Below, one piece after another: positions 1 through 11,980 of a DNA stretch of 64,000 nt. This stretch comes from Macrostomum lignano (taxonomy: Eukaryota). The notes below the pieces were generated by a model. That model did not search any database and was not told where the DNA came from. It saw only the letters and a list, made by a program, of their open reading frames with translations. The position numbers were made by a program, and so were the translations under genes. Each line of letters starts with the position of its first letter. Position 1 is the stretch's first letter. The stretch spans positions 1 through 64,000 of the forward strand of contig NIVC01002944.1 in NCBI GenBank assembly GCA_002269645.1. The letters are read 5' to 3'.

Positions 1-1158
1 AGGTGACGTTACCAAAGTCCCTATGAAAATTTTTGACCCTGAAAATGTTCGACACATCAAAAAATAACTCTTTATTTAATGATTGGAATTTAAGGTTCTT
101 AGTGGTGGCAGTGGCAGTGGCACTACCATTTGTCAAAGTAGTTGGGTTTTTATTAATGATTGGAATTTAAGGTTTTCAAGGGTAGCTGAGATCGCTACCT
201 AGAAAATAGGGCTATTTACAAAATCAGAATAGTTTGGAAACTGCCAGTGCCACTGCCACATCTGCCACACACCTTGGGCTGCCCAAGAGTGTGTTATGGT
301 CAGCTTCAATATATACCAATACTACTCAGGATGATGTAGAGATCAAAAGACCTTATGAAAGACTCATTGCTAAGCAGACTGATGCGTTGGGTAAATGAAC
401 AGAGGAACATCGAATCAATGCTTTTTCTATAATCTCACCTCAAGGTTCAAGCTGTCCACATATTCCATCTATCCTGCCGACCGGACAGGAATTCTGCAGG
501 TGCGCAAGATTAGGACTCCTAGAAAGTCAGCTCTATATAAAAATACAGCATAGGTGTGGTGTCCTGGCATGCACTCACCTACGCCTTCTTTGTGGATGTT
601 GGCAGTCTGGTATTAAAAAGTTTCAGACGATCCGGTGGCTCGAGATGTCATCAAAACCAGCAGCCACGGTAAATGAAAAAGCTACGCTGCAGCGAGCGGG
701 GCGCGTGGTTCCTTTTGTCTACTTTAGGGGCTGACACAGCAGAGACTCCAATGTAATGTAGTAAAGCAAGATGGCGAGAAGCACTTACGAGCGCTTCTTA
801 CGGGGGTCTTTCTTGCTTTGCTCTCGGCTGAGAACGAACAGAGGAGCGACCACTGACGGAGCATAAGTCAAGGGTTTTAAAGCTAACCGCCAACCCCCCG
901 CCCCACACCGAAGTCAGCCGCAACCCCTAGCACACATTGCACGCGGCCTATAGCCTACAGCCGCCCACAAAGCAACACTAAACAGACGGTAATCCTCGGT
1001 GAGTCAGATGCTACATTGTTCCTTATAAACTTTCAGTTCCATGCGCCATGGACGACTTTGATTTAAGCAACGGGACAGGAAACGAAACTATAATTATTTT
1101 ATTTCTGTAACAACATGGGGCGAACTCTTACAATCGCTGGACACGCATTTTATATATA

Positions 1159-1806
1159 CTCAGCAACAGCTAAACCCCCCCAAACTCACGCTGTCACACG
1201 GCCCAAAAGTTTTGTATGCCATCGGTGACTCAGAAATGTGTGAAGGCTGCCGCCGCCAGACGCGAGCGCAAAGTGCGGCATGGGGGATTTGGGGAGGGTG
1301 TGGCGCAACTCAACCCACTGGTGGCTGCATTGCGCAATGGTAAACCATCAGAGCTACAGCTACAGCAGCAGTTTCTGCCATTTGCTACGACAACCTTTGG
1401 CGGCCCGCAGAACTGCATTCTTCAAGACGACAACGCTGCGCCACATCGAGCAGCACACGTGCAGCTGCTGAAGGAGCAGCTCGGCATTCGCACATTGAAC
1501 TGGCCGTCAAAGTCTCCAGACATGAACCCCATCGAGCATGTCTGGGACTTTGTAAAGCGAAGAGTTCAGCAGGATGCCCCACAGAATGCTGAACAGTTGC
1601 GACTGGCGGTGCTGAATGTCTGGCAGCAGCTGCCCAAGAGTTCATCAACCGGCTGGTGATCAGGATGCCACGAGCCCACGACGAGTCACGGCACTTTTGC
1701 ATGCTCGTGGTTCCTACACACGATACTGAGACTAGAATTAAAGACATTGCTTAACTGTTGTGCCCGTGTGACAGCGTGAGTTGGGGGGGGGTTAGCTGTT
1801 GCTGAG
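1159..1806 (+). mobile_element. Non-autonomous Tc1/mariner (DD34E) element, copy 1 (648 bp)
   Basis: Imperfect ~50-bp TIRs (CTCAGCAACAGCTAAACCCCCCC..ACTCACGCTGTCACACGG at 1159; reverse complement ending at 1806), with TA on both flanks. The internal fragment LQDDNAAPH...SPDMNPIEHVW has 34 residues between the catalytic D and E. The transposase N-terminus is missing and there is a frameshift near the 3' end. Confidence 0.92.
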
Positions 1807-2546
1807 TATATTTTGGAGTTACAATAGAATTGGGGTGACGGAATTGGGGTGGCGGAATTGGGGTGGCGGCATCCAACCCCACTCCGCAGCCAATCAGACC
1901 GCCCGGGTGTACCACTGGGCTATCATACCATGCGTACGCACACTGCATAATCGAGCGGACGGCACAGCAGGACTCACCTGTCACGGCTATCTTCTGCTGG
2001 ACCCTGAGCTACTAAGTGAAAATAAGCAAATCCAAGGAAATATTTCGAATCAACCAAGAATTCGAGAATCTGCTCCGTGCATTTCGACCCAACAGACTTT
2101 GTAGAGGCTTGCTGGACACAAGTCCGAGGCGAAAGAGGACAATAAAAAATTGTCCAAGCGCCACTTAAAGGCAGGAGCGATTCCGTCTTTTCCCAATGCT
2201 CAATGATTAAATTTAAACTGAAATAATTCGAAATGATTCGAATTAATAATTAGCACTGGTTTAACGCGAATAAACTCGAGCAGTTAAATCTTAATGAATA
2301 ATTAAGATGATACATTGAGGAATGATTGAGTTAGTCAGAGGGAGACGAAGATAAGTCTTCCCTGAGGCTGGCCTACATCCCAAGTCCTACTCTCGGAAGC
2401 TGAGGACGCTCACTGATTGACAGTGAAGACTCGACCAAATCCTATCAAGTCTACATGGGTTTCACCTTCGAGTGAAACACCGCCCGGGGTCCTCGGTGAC
2501 GTGGTCGAGTACCGTGTGCCAACTTTCAGAGATTGAGCTTCTATTT

Positions 2547-2715
2547 CTAGACCACAGATACTAAATACCGATATCTAGTAGCGATTGGCTGCTGATAAAA
2601 ATTAGGGATTTCAGCATTAAATTCAGCATTGCGCTTTCGTGCCTACTAAAAGTAGCTTTAAAAAAGGAAATTTACAAGCGACGAGTACAGCGTGTATTTA
2701 GTATCTGTGATCTAG
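2547..2715. mobile_element. Possible 169-bp MITE / inverted repeat
   Basis: CTAGACCACAGATACTAAATAC (2547-2568) is inverted at 2694-2715 with one mismatch. No clear TSD. Confidence 0.4.
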
Positions 2716-4800
2716 GCAGCGATACTCGAAACAAACCGCCGAAGAACGTTACGCTGGCAAGACTACTGCGGTCTGGCAGGGTAAGCGCAGGCATTCCGGG
2801 GCGGAGTCAACGCGCTTTCAATGCGCGGAACGTCGCCTAATGAGGTGGATTGAAAAACGGGAGATTGAAAAGAAGACAGGAGAGAGGAAGAGGAGAAACC
2901 CCCTCCAAGCCCGTTGCATGGTGGGTTGGCTGGCCTTGCCCGATCTGTAACTCCGATTGCACTGGACCCACAACGCTCTCAGCCCTTATAAGCTAGATTT
3001 CGCTCTTCAGCCGTGCCACGTGCTCGAGGGCTTCTGCATGATTGGTCGGCTGATTTAAAGTCGGGGTAAACTTTAGTGGGGTGCAGACCGCGTGACCCTT
3101 CGCTGGGCCAAGCCGGTTTTCTGAAGTCGCATTTTGACCAATTCACTGACATGTACCCTTTGTCTTAAGCTCTTAGTCTGACCTTAAAAAAAGAACAAAA
3201 TATCAATAACTAATATCAAATAACAAATAGCAACAAATGATAACAAATTGCGCAAGATGCTGACACTACATACTGTACGTCCTCACATCCTTTATATAAT
3301 AGTACACATGTGGGTACGTCCCAAAACTTTCATGTACGTGTAGGTCTAGTCAATATAATGCAACTCGATTTTCTATTTGGTTCCTTCTCATAACGTGAAT
3401 TTTAGCTTTATCTCTGCACATCTGTATCCAGTGCTCAATTCTAATGAGTTTTACGATCAAAATACAATTTAGAGAATAGTCATGTAACTGCATTATATCG
3501 GCGGTAAGCTAGCTGGTGGTGTTATGGTGGTGATTATTAACAGTGTGATGATTAAGGTTTAGGAGTCAAATTGAACAGAATTGTATTGAAGCTTCTTTGG
3601 GTACACTTTTATTAATGTATGTTAATATTTAAAGAAGCAAATAGGATGGATTTTTAAGAGGAACATCGATTGAGAGGACTGGCGAATCCGAGATTGGGAT
3701 GACGAATCTTACTAATCCTAAACTTTCTGAAGTCAAACCTACTGTATATCTATATCTAGAATTTTTAAATAATAAATTTAATGTAATCTATAATACAACT
3801 TTTTACGAACTTTGGAAGTCTCTATACTATACTGTAATTAATTGTTTTAACGATCAAATTGAGTCCGTAGTTTATTATCCGTTTTAAATGTAAATTTTTG
3901 CTCAATTATTTAAGTCAATTTTATTATGAAACCTCGTTAAATAAAACAATAAGCTTTTACGACAATTATTATATGAGCTATATATATTAGTGGATCGACT
4001 AACACTATTCAATGTTTTATTTAGTTACATATAACAGTATTTTATCATTATTGCTCAGGATCTTGAGTTGATCCAGAAAGGTATCAAGTTAATGGACTAT
4101 AGATGCGTTTGATATTGGATCTTAGATTTATGTGTATAACATTTATATTTAATTTAATATCGGTTATATTTTTAAACAATTGTACGTGTCTGTTTATATT
4201 GTGTTGAAAAGTCAATCATTATCACACAATAATATTTACATTCAAGGTAAATCTATATCCAGCCTTCTGAAGTGTATAAAATGTATAGAAAAATCGAAAT
4301 TATACATTTGTCTTATGCAAAAATCAATTCAGTTAATATTATATTAAAAACACAAAAATTCAACCTAATTTATCCTGTTTAAGTTTTCAACCTCCAAACA
4401 ACTGTTACTAAGTGAAGAAGGCATTTATATTAAATTTCTTATCAAAAGCTTATAAAGTGGAGCTTCATTTTGATAATATCTGAATGAGTGTGTTAATAAT
4501 GACCAGCTCAAATTGTAGCCAGTGAGAACCATAAATGATAGTTGAAAGCATCCATGATGTTGATTTTTCGTTTAATTCTTAAGTCATGATGCAGATTGGC
4601 CTTAAAAGTATTAGTATTTTTTAATTTGAATTTTGTTGTATCAAGTGTTAATAAATAATTTATTAACTATCAATTTTATTAATTTACACACTATATTTTA
4701 ACAAAATAATTGTGCAGCATTGCTTATTTTTGCAAATTGTGTTTTATGTTCAAGGCTGTATAATTAATGGCACTATGATGCCTTAACTTACCTGCATGCA

Positions 4801-6987
4801 ATGGCCACAGAAGATGAGATTGAAGATGGGCCTGGAGCCGCCTACCAGGTCTTCCTCAACATGGAAGCAGTGCTTGACAACCTAAAGCTATTGGACTATG
4901 ACAGGGAATATTGCAAGTAAGCAAAAAAACAGCCATATTGGAGCCAGACTGCAGTTCATATCTGAGTCCATGAGCATTTTTCAATTGAATTTAGCAGCAA
5001 TTTCACTACAAGTCACCCCTGATTTTTATAAACAGGCAGCTGCACCACAAACCCATCTCGCGGCACTACTTCGCCATGGCAACCAACTCGGGCGAGCAGT
5101 TCCACGCCTTCGGCTGCCTGGCCTCCTGGCTGGTCCGGATGGGCGGCAAAGACATGGAGGAGCCGCAGGAGTACGACGACCCCAACGCCATCGTCAGCGG
5201 CATTCTGGACGCCGTGCGCAGTCTTGGGCACAGCATCGACTTTCCGCCGAGCAAGCTGAAGTCCGGCTCGGGACCGCAGGTGGTGTACGTGCTGCTCAAG
5301 CTCTCAGAGGAGGCTCTTCAGGTGAGCGTGATCTTTTATAGCGTGAAATAAATCGATAACTAAATCTATCAGATATAACAATCAACGCGTTTGATTCTGG
5401 CGCCGGGACCCCTAGTTTCGTGCGCGGTCGCATTAATTTGGGGCTTGTGTGCACGAAAAGATTTACACCCATGAGGGAGTTGAGCAATGGGCAGAATTGC
5501 CTCACCGCTCGCTAGCTGTGGGACGGTGTCGTCGAAGGCGTTGCGTCTGGGGCCTACAAACCTGCAATTAGTATTTTTAATAACACTTAATATTTTCTTG
5601 ACTTACAAAAATGTAAAACGAGGTTACATTCTGCAGGGTAGCCAGCGATTCTCTCTCTAGCTAAACTATGTGCGGAGAAAAACAGCAGCTATCGCTTATT
5701 TATACACCTTAGAAGCATTGAGCCAAGCTTCGAACTTCAGACAGAAGGAACTTCCTTTCATTCAGAAATTTCATGCCTAACAGCTTTTCAGTCTTTCTGT
5801 CGGTAGATCCGGCTGCAGAGTTTCCAACCCCACCCACCCACCTGTCGCAGGTGCGCCGGTTCGTGTTCGACAAGCCGCGCTACCCGACTGACGCCGGCGA
5901 GGACCACGTCGATGTCATCGAGGACGAGTCGGAGTCGGCGGTGAAGACTCTGGACGACCAGGGCGGCGTGGCCGACGAGTTCTCCGACGACGACTTCATC
6001 GAGGATGAGGACAACGTGCCGGACGTGGACGGCCTGGCCAAGATGGCCGCCGCAGCGTCCGCGGCCGCCGGAGGCTCCCAGGGCGACGCCGTGCTGAAGC
6101 CGGAGGTGATCCTGGAGTCCAACACCGACTCCACCGAATGGATGCTGGAGGTGGAGCGGGTGCAGCCGCAGCTCAAAGTTGTTCTGCGCGCCGAGGGCAA
6201 GGACTGGCGGGTGCACCTGGACTCCATGCACCAGTATCAGAAGGCTATCGGAGACTGCTATGGACAGGTTGGTGGCCTGTCTGCCTCCGCCCCGCTCTCC
6301 CCCTCTGCTGTTCTTCTGTTCCACCGCGTCGTTTTGTCATCTTCATGGCCACATCTGACTCCATTGACTCACTGGCGCTCTTGGTCTCCTTGACCTTCAC
6401 TGCCCTCCGTGCCTACCTCCCTGACTCTCCCATCACTGACACCCCAATCGCTGACTCCTCAATCGCTGACTTCTCAACCGCTGACTCCTCCATCTATGAC
6501 TCCCCCATCTGTGACCCCCATCTCTGAATCCGCAACGCTCACTCCTCGATGCCAGGTCCAGCAGCAGCTGAAGCGCATGGAGGAGGACATCGGACGCAGT
6601 CTGGAGAAGCTGGGCAGCAGAGAGAAGTATCTCAACAGCCAGGTGGAAGGCGCGCTAAGGGAGCTCCGGGCCGCGCAGGACCGCCTGGCCGAGGCCCGCG
6701 AGCGCTACAAGCAGGCCTCCGGGGGCATCAACGACCGCGGCCGGCAGCTGCAGGAGATCTCCGAGGAGCTGGAGCGAGTGAAATCCGAGATGGAGGAGCG
6801 CGGAAACTCAATGACGGACGGCTCGCCGCTGATGCGAATCAAGAAGGCCCTGCAGCGGTTGAAGAACGAGCTCAAGGAGATGGACATCCGGGCCGGGGTC
6901 CTTCAGCACATCCTGCTGCAGACCAAACTGCGGGAGAAGACGCTGCGGGGTGCCATGGCAACCGAAGAGGCTGGCTACCTGTTCTGA
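4801..6987 (+). CDS. IFT57: Intraflagellar transport protein 57 (~416 aa, 4 coding exons)
   Basis: Exons 4801-4916, 5036-5321, 5851-6267 and 6556-6987, with GT-AG borders and consistent phases (1251 nt). Motifs GPGAAY, SRHYF, NSGEQF, EQPQEYDDPNA-like, DFPPSKLKSG, EWMLEVERVQPQLKV, DWRVHLDSMHQ and SMTDGSPL match IFT57. Confidence 0.95.
6420..6550 (+). repeat. Degenerate 15-bp tandem repeat at the 3' end of IFT57 intron 3
   Basis: About 9 units of CTGACTCCTCAATCG type, ending just before the acceptor AG at 6554-6555. Confidence 0.7.
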
Positions 6988-7934
6988 CCTGGGGTTCGGA
7001 CTGCGGATCTCAGTTGGGGTGGGACAGTTCCAGCCTTTGCATATGCTGCACCAAAGTACGGTTCTTTTGGCATCTGAAAATGACTGGTAAAACTGTGTCT
7101 AAGATTTCTGTCACACAAAATACATTCCTTACAGTGTTTGCTCGTCTTTTTACAATAATATTTATTGCGGCTTAAGTCTGCGGCTTTGTCAGTCGCATTA
7201 AAAAGCTAATTAAAATTTTGCAGCTTGTTTATTTTCAAGCTGCATGCATAAGTTGCCGTCAAATGCACTTTAAGTTCCTGTCAGGATGTCATGCTTGAAG
7301 AAGACTGCAGAAAATTCGTCTCAGCCAAAGAAGTTCCAAACTTTTGCTAGAGCAAAGGGATAATCTTCTCTGCATGATTTCAATATTCAGGCGGCACTGT
7401 ACATATTCCAATGGCAGCTAAAATAGCTTTCATGTGCATGTGGCCTGCGCGCTGTGTCAACTTTACGCTTGAGGGGCGCAGCTTAACAGTGTCTTTAGTG
7501 TCAAGTTCGAGGTACGCACAAATGAAATATTCGACGCAAGTTGAGACACTTTCACATTTTGCCATGAAGAAGTTGAGCCCCGAAAAGCTTAGAGAAGGCA
7601 GTGTACAGCATGACTGAACTGAGAGTCGTGAATGATAGCCGGCCTTGTTTACACCGCCAACAATTGTTGGCCATCAATGCAAATCACACCAATGGTGTAC
7701 ATGGTGAACCAGCCGTGACGAAAAAGTATGTACATGTACAAGCCATGTGATCGCTTAAAATAGGTCTCATTTGATGGCGGCGTATGAGTAAACGAGCCTT
7801 GACTCCCTTAAGAGATGGAGTGCTCGACAGGGCCGAAAAATGAAGTGCCAAACGTACATAAATCAATCAGATAACTGTAGGAGGGTTGCCGGACGCTCGA
7901 TCTCGGCGACATCGTCCAACTATTACCAGCGCTG

Positions 7935-8080
7935 AGGCAGTTCTGCCCATTCCGCTGAGTCCTGAGCACATACAATCGCGCGGATACTGTACGCAGGCAC
8001 TCCCTCATACACACACGCTCACGCAGTGTGTACAGCAGCCCTGACTTTCTAATTGTCAGGCATATTCACCCTAGTGCGCC
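7935..8080 (+). repeat. Dispersed ~150-bp repeat family, copy 1
   Basis: GCCCATTCCGCTGA...CAGGCAC...GTGTACAGC(A/G)GCCCTGACTTTCTA..GTCAGGCAT is shared with 13440-13580 (+) and 12620-12775 (-). Confidence 0.7.
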
Positions 8081-8123
8081 TGGCCAATTTTTAGTGACAG
8101 TAGCTCGCGAGAATATGTATATA

Positions 8124-8579
8124 CTCAGCAACAGCTAAACCCCCCCCCAACTCACGCTGTCACACGGCCCAAAAGTTTTGTATGCCATCGGTGCAGACTC
8201 AGAAATGTGTGAAGGCTGCCGCCGCCAGACGCGAGCGCAAAGTGCGGCATGGGGGATTTGGGGAGGGGGTGGCGCAACTCAAAGTCTCCAGACATGAACC
8301 CCATCGAGCATGTCTGGGACTTTGTAAAGCGAAGAGTTCAGCAGGATGCCCCACAGAATGCTGAACAGTTGCGACTGGCGGTGCTGAATGCCTGGCAGCA
8401 GCTGCCCCAAGAGTTCATCAACCGGCTGGTGATCAGGATGCCACGACGAGTCACGGCACTTTTGCATGCTCGTGGTTCCTACACACGATACTGAGACTAG
8501 AATTAAAGACATTGCTTAACTTTTGTGCCCGTGTGACAGCGTGAGTTGGGGCCGGGGGGGGGGTTTAGCTGTTGCTGAG
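8124..8579 (+). mobile_element. Non-autonomous Tc1 element, copy 2 (456 bp, further deleted)
   Basis: Same TIRs and TA flanks as copy 1 and near-identical internal sequence, but lacking ~197 bp (copy-1 positions 1314-1510). Retains the transposase C-terminus SPDMNPIEHVW...ARGSYTRY*. Confidence 0.92.
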
Positions 8580-9006
8580 TATATATAGTCAAGACAAGAA
8601 CTTGACCTCTTTTGACTACTCAAAGTCTATAGTGATAGTGGTGGGGATATATGCACTATGGGCAAAAGCTTGATCATATTTGGCCTTAGTAAAAACCTGC
8701 CACCCCCAAATTTGCCGTGTCTGGACTTTGTATATATAATAAAGAGAGTATTTTAATTAATTAATTAATTTTTGGCTTATCTGGGCTAATTTTAAGAAAA
8801 CCTGAAAAGTTGCATGAGCCAATATGCCTATACATTAATAATCCTGAATCCGCCACTGGTTTTCGGAATCGGAATCACCAACATCTATTTTCTATAGTGA
8901 AGTGCTTCCAAGTTGTACTGCAGACTAAGAACGTTTGATTTTAGTTTTTTGGTTTTGTTTTGAAATTGAAATTCAAAGTTCTCGTTTCATAGAAACACTT
9001 TTTATA

Positions 9007-9266
9007 GGGCCTTTTCATATTACCAATTCCAGAACCAGAATCGGTTCGGAATTCCAAGAAAAACAGCTGTATAACTATTAAACTCTGTTAATATTTGACT
9101 GCCTTAACAACCTAACTTAGCACAATTTTTCACTTTCTTCTTGGCGATTGTCATTCAATAATAAAAACTTTATAGCACGTATCTCCCTCTAGTTATGGAG
9201 ACAAAAAGTTATACTTCACAAATTGGTTCTGGTTCTGGAACCAGAGCAAGCAATATGAAAAGGCCC
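9007..9266. mobile_element. PIF/Harbinger-like MITE (260 bp)
   Basis: 15-bp perfect TIR GGGCCTTTTCATATT / AATATGAAAAGGCCC, an inner inverted TTCCAGAACCAGAA, and a 3-bp direct flank ATA on both sides. Superfamily is inferred from the GGGCC terminus and 3-bp TSD. Confidence 0.6.
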
Positions 9267-11751
9267 ATACACTACATTGTATACTACTACATTACACAGG
9301 TCACAAGACCGACAAAAAAGGTTTCTATAATCTACAGACTACAGTAATGAGTAATTATACATTAGAAGTCATCAGATCAAATAAAGATGGAGCAATCCAA
9401 AATCATGGCAATGCATAGGCTGGGCAAAGCCATAAGCATAGGACCTTAAATTTTTTGAAAGTATAAATCAATGAAATCGTCAATGTTAGGAAAAAATTAA
9501 AATGTCAGATTGATTAGAAATAAATATTTGAAATTTTAGTAGTCATATTAAGTAGTCATATTAGAAAACATAGTATATATTTTATACATCAACATACTGC
9601 TAGGCTAGAGGTAGAATAGGACCATACATAGACAATTTCAAAATCCTAGAAACCCAGTTAGGCTGATTTGTGATTAGTAGGGATCTTAATTGGTTAAACC
9701 TATATATATTGGAGTATATAGAATCCTATATATTTATTATATAGTCTAAATATATATATGATCCTAAACTTTAAATCCTAGGGGCCTATCCAATTTTTAA
9801 GCATGCACATTTTATATTGGGCCCTATTGATGCCTTTTTGTATGAATGGCACATTATAAGGGTTAGGACCTAAACTTTTAGTAAATACTTTCTTTTCTAG
9901 CATTTTATTGTTTATATTATAAATATCAACTAGGCCTATCAACGATAGAACAAGGAAGTGCTTATCCCCCTTGGTCCTATGCTAATAATTCTAATTTTAT
10001 TCACACAGAGCTATTTCAATAATTTTCAGCTTATCTCCACAGCAGCTTATTGAAATTTATTGAAATCTATATGATCACTTAGTCATGTTGGCAGCTAAGC
10101 AGATATTTAAAATTCATCATTTTAATGACATTTAAGTTTTAACAAAGTACTCTATACTATTCAGTAGTTTATTCAGAAGATTTGTAAAATAATGAAAACA
10201 ATAAGATAGTTTTTGCAAGCAAGTTTTGTTTAGAATAAAAAAATGAACACATATTTAGATAGATATAGTCATATGTCATATGGATATATTAATATATGAT
10301 GAACACTTAAGATAAAAAATACAATAGTAGATTTTTAATTAAAATTACAAATATAAAACTATATAGGCCTAGAGCATGCTAATAAACTATATGTAAATAC
10401 CAGATGCAGAAGGACCTCTAGGGTCCTTGAGCAGATTTATTTGAGGCTACTCTATTCCAGTAAGCTGCTATGCCATAGAGATAAACTGCAAATTATTGAC
10501 ATTGATCCATGTAGATAAAATTGGAATTTTTGACATGGCCTAGACTTGAATGGTGGCAGCAATAAGCTGCAGTGGGGATAACTAAAAATTATTTACATGG
10601 ATCTAAATGAATAAAATTGGAATTATTGGCATAAGACCATGGGGATAAACACTTCCATAGAACAAATATCAACTATACCAACTATCACCTATGCAACCTA
10701 CTTGCCAATGGCATTTATTGTAATAGGAAAGCTCATATTGCATTGACTATTTGATAAAACCATGATAATATAGGAAGGCAATTAAAAGGGTGTAGTCATT
10801 TTGTTTGCCATCTTTATCTATTTGTCTACTAGAAAACAAATTGACTATTTATTCAGTTGTAGTGGCTCTAATTATTCTATTTAGCAATTAAATAAATTTA
10901 GTAGTTCATTATTTGATTACTTAATTGCATAATTGGTTTCAAAGTGTATTTTTATAGATTGTTTTAGGCTAGCCTTTAGGCATTATTTTCTTGTTCATGC
11001 TATAAGTATAAGAAAACATCACAGAGTAGGTTGAAGCATTCATAAAAACTTAATTTATTATAAGTTATAATTATTTCAAATAATATAGTATAGGCCTATT
11101 AGGCTTTTTGCATATGCCAAGCCTAGGAAGTATATCTAAAACTAAATGTATTATTTTCAAGTGTCATTTTTATATATGCACTTATATTTCTAAGAAGAAC
11201 TTGCTTATATATAAAGCAATTATTAGTCATTTGTAAAACTTCAATTTATAAGTCATAATTCATAATTGACTGCTACTTTGGAAGTAGACATAATATTATT
11301 AAATGATAAAACAATTAAATTGATGAATTGGCTATACATTCTATAATTACATTTTCACCTAGATTTAGTTGCCTAAATGTGACAGTTAGTTGCCTAACTC
11401 ATTATTTAACTAGAACATATAGGGAAATAATGATTACCTTGTGAAAACACATGATTAACTTAACCTATAAGAATTTAAAATGAAAATAGATAAGTTCAAT
11501 CTATCATAACTTGATAGCTTGATAAAATAGCAAGTGCCACTTTGCCTATACAGTCCATATAGATAAATACAATTAATTCACAAAGGACTATTGAGTATAA
11601 GTGCTTCCTTTTTCACTACCCAGTGGGTCAATAATTTTGTTTCCATTTTAATAGCATAAATAGCTAATATAACTGGATAGACAGCCAGTTTGTTTCTGTG
11701 CCACTACCATGTACTTTTGATTTTTCTATTGAACTGGCACCAATCAGGTTA

Positions 11752-11965
11752 ATGTAAATGCCAGGTGTAATCCAATTGGGTTAGTGTAAATGCCAGGTGT
11801 AATCCAATTGGGTCAGTGTAAATGCCAGGTGTAATCCAATGGGGTTAGTGTAAATGCCAGGTGTAATTCAATTGGGTCAGTGTAAATGCCAAGTGTAATC
11901 CAATTTGGTCAGTGTAAATGCCAGGTGTAATCCAATTTGGTCAGTGTAAATGCCAGGTGTAATCC
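11752..11965. repeat. 32-bp minisatellite (~6.5 copies) ending 15 nt before an RMDN acceptor
   Basis: Unit GTGTAAATGCCAGGTGTAATCCAATTGGGTCA. Confidence 0.9.
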
Positions 11966-11980
11966 TACCTGTTGCTGCAG

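Noticed and set aside
104-260. Short inverted repeat TGGCAGTGGCACT / AGTGCCACTGCCA as a MITE
   Set aside because: Only 13 bp perfect, internally repetitive, and no TSD.
1216-1659. Functional transposase
   Set aside because: It lacks the DNA-binding N-terminus and the first catalytic Asp region, and is frameshifted near the C-terminus.
2400-2515. Hammerhead ribozyme
   Set aside because: The CUGANGA and GAAA core nucleotides are not in the required positions on either strand.
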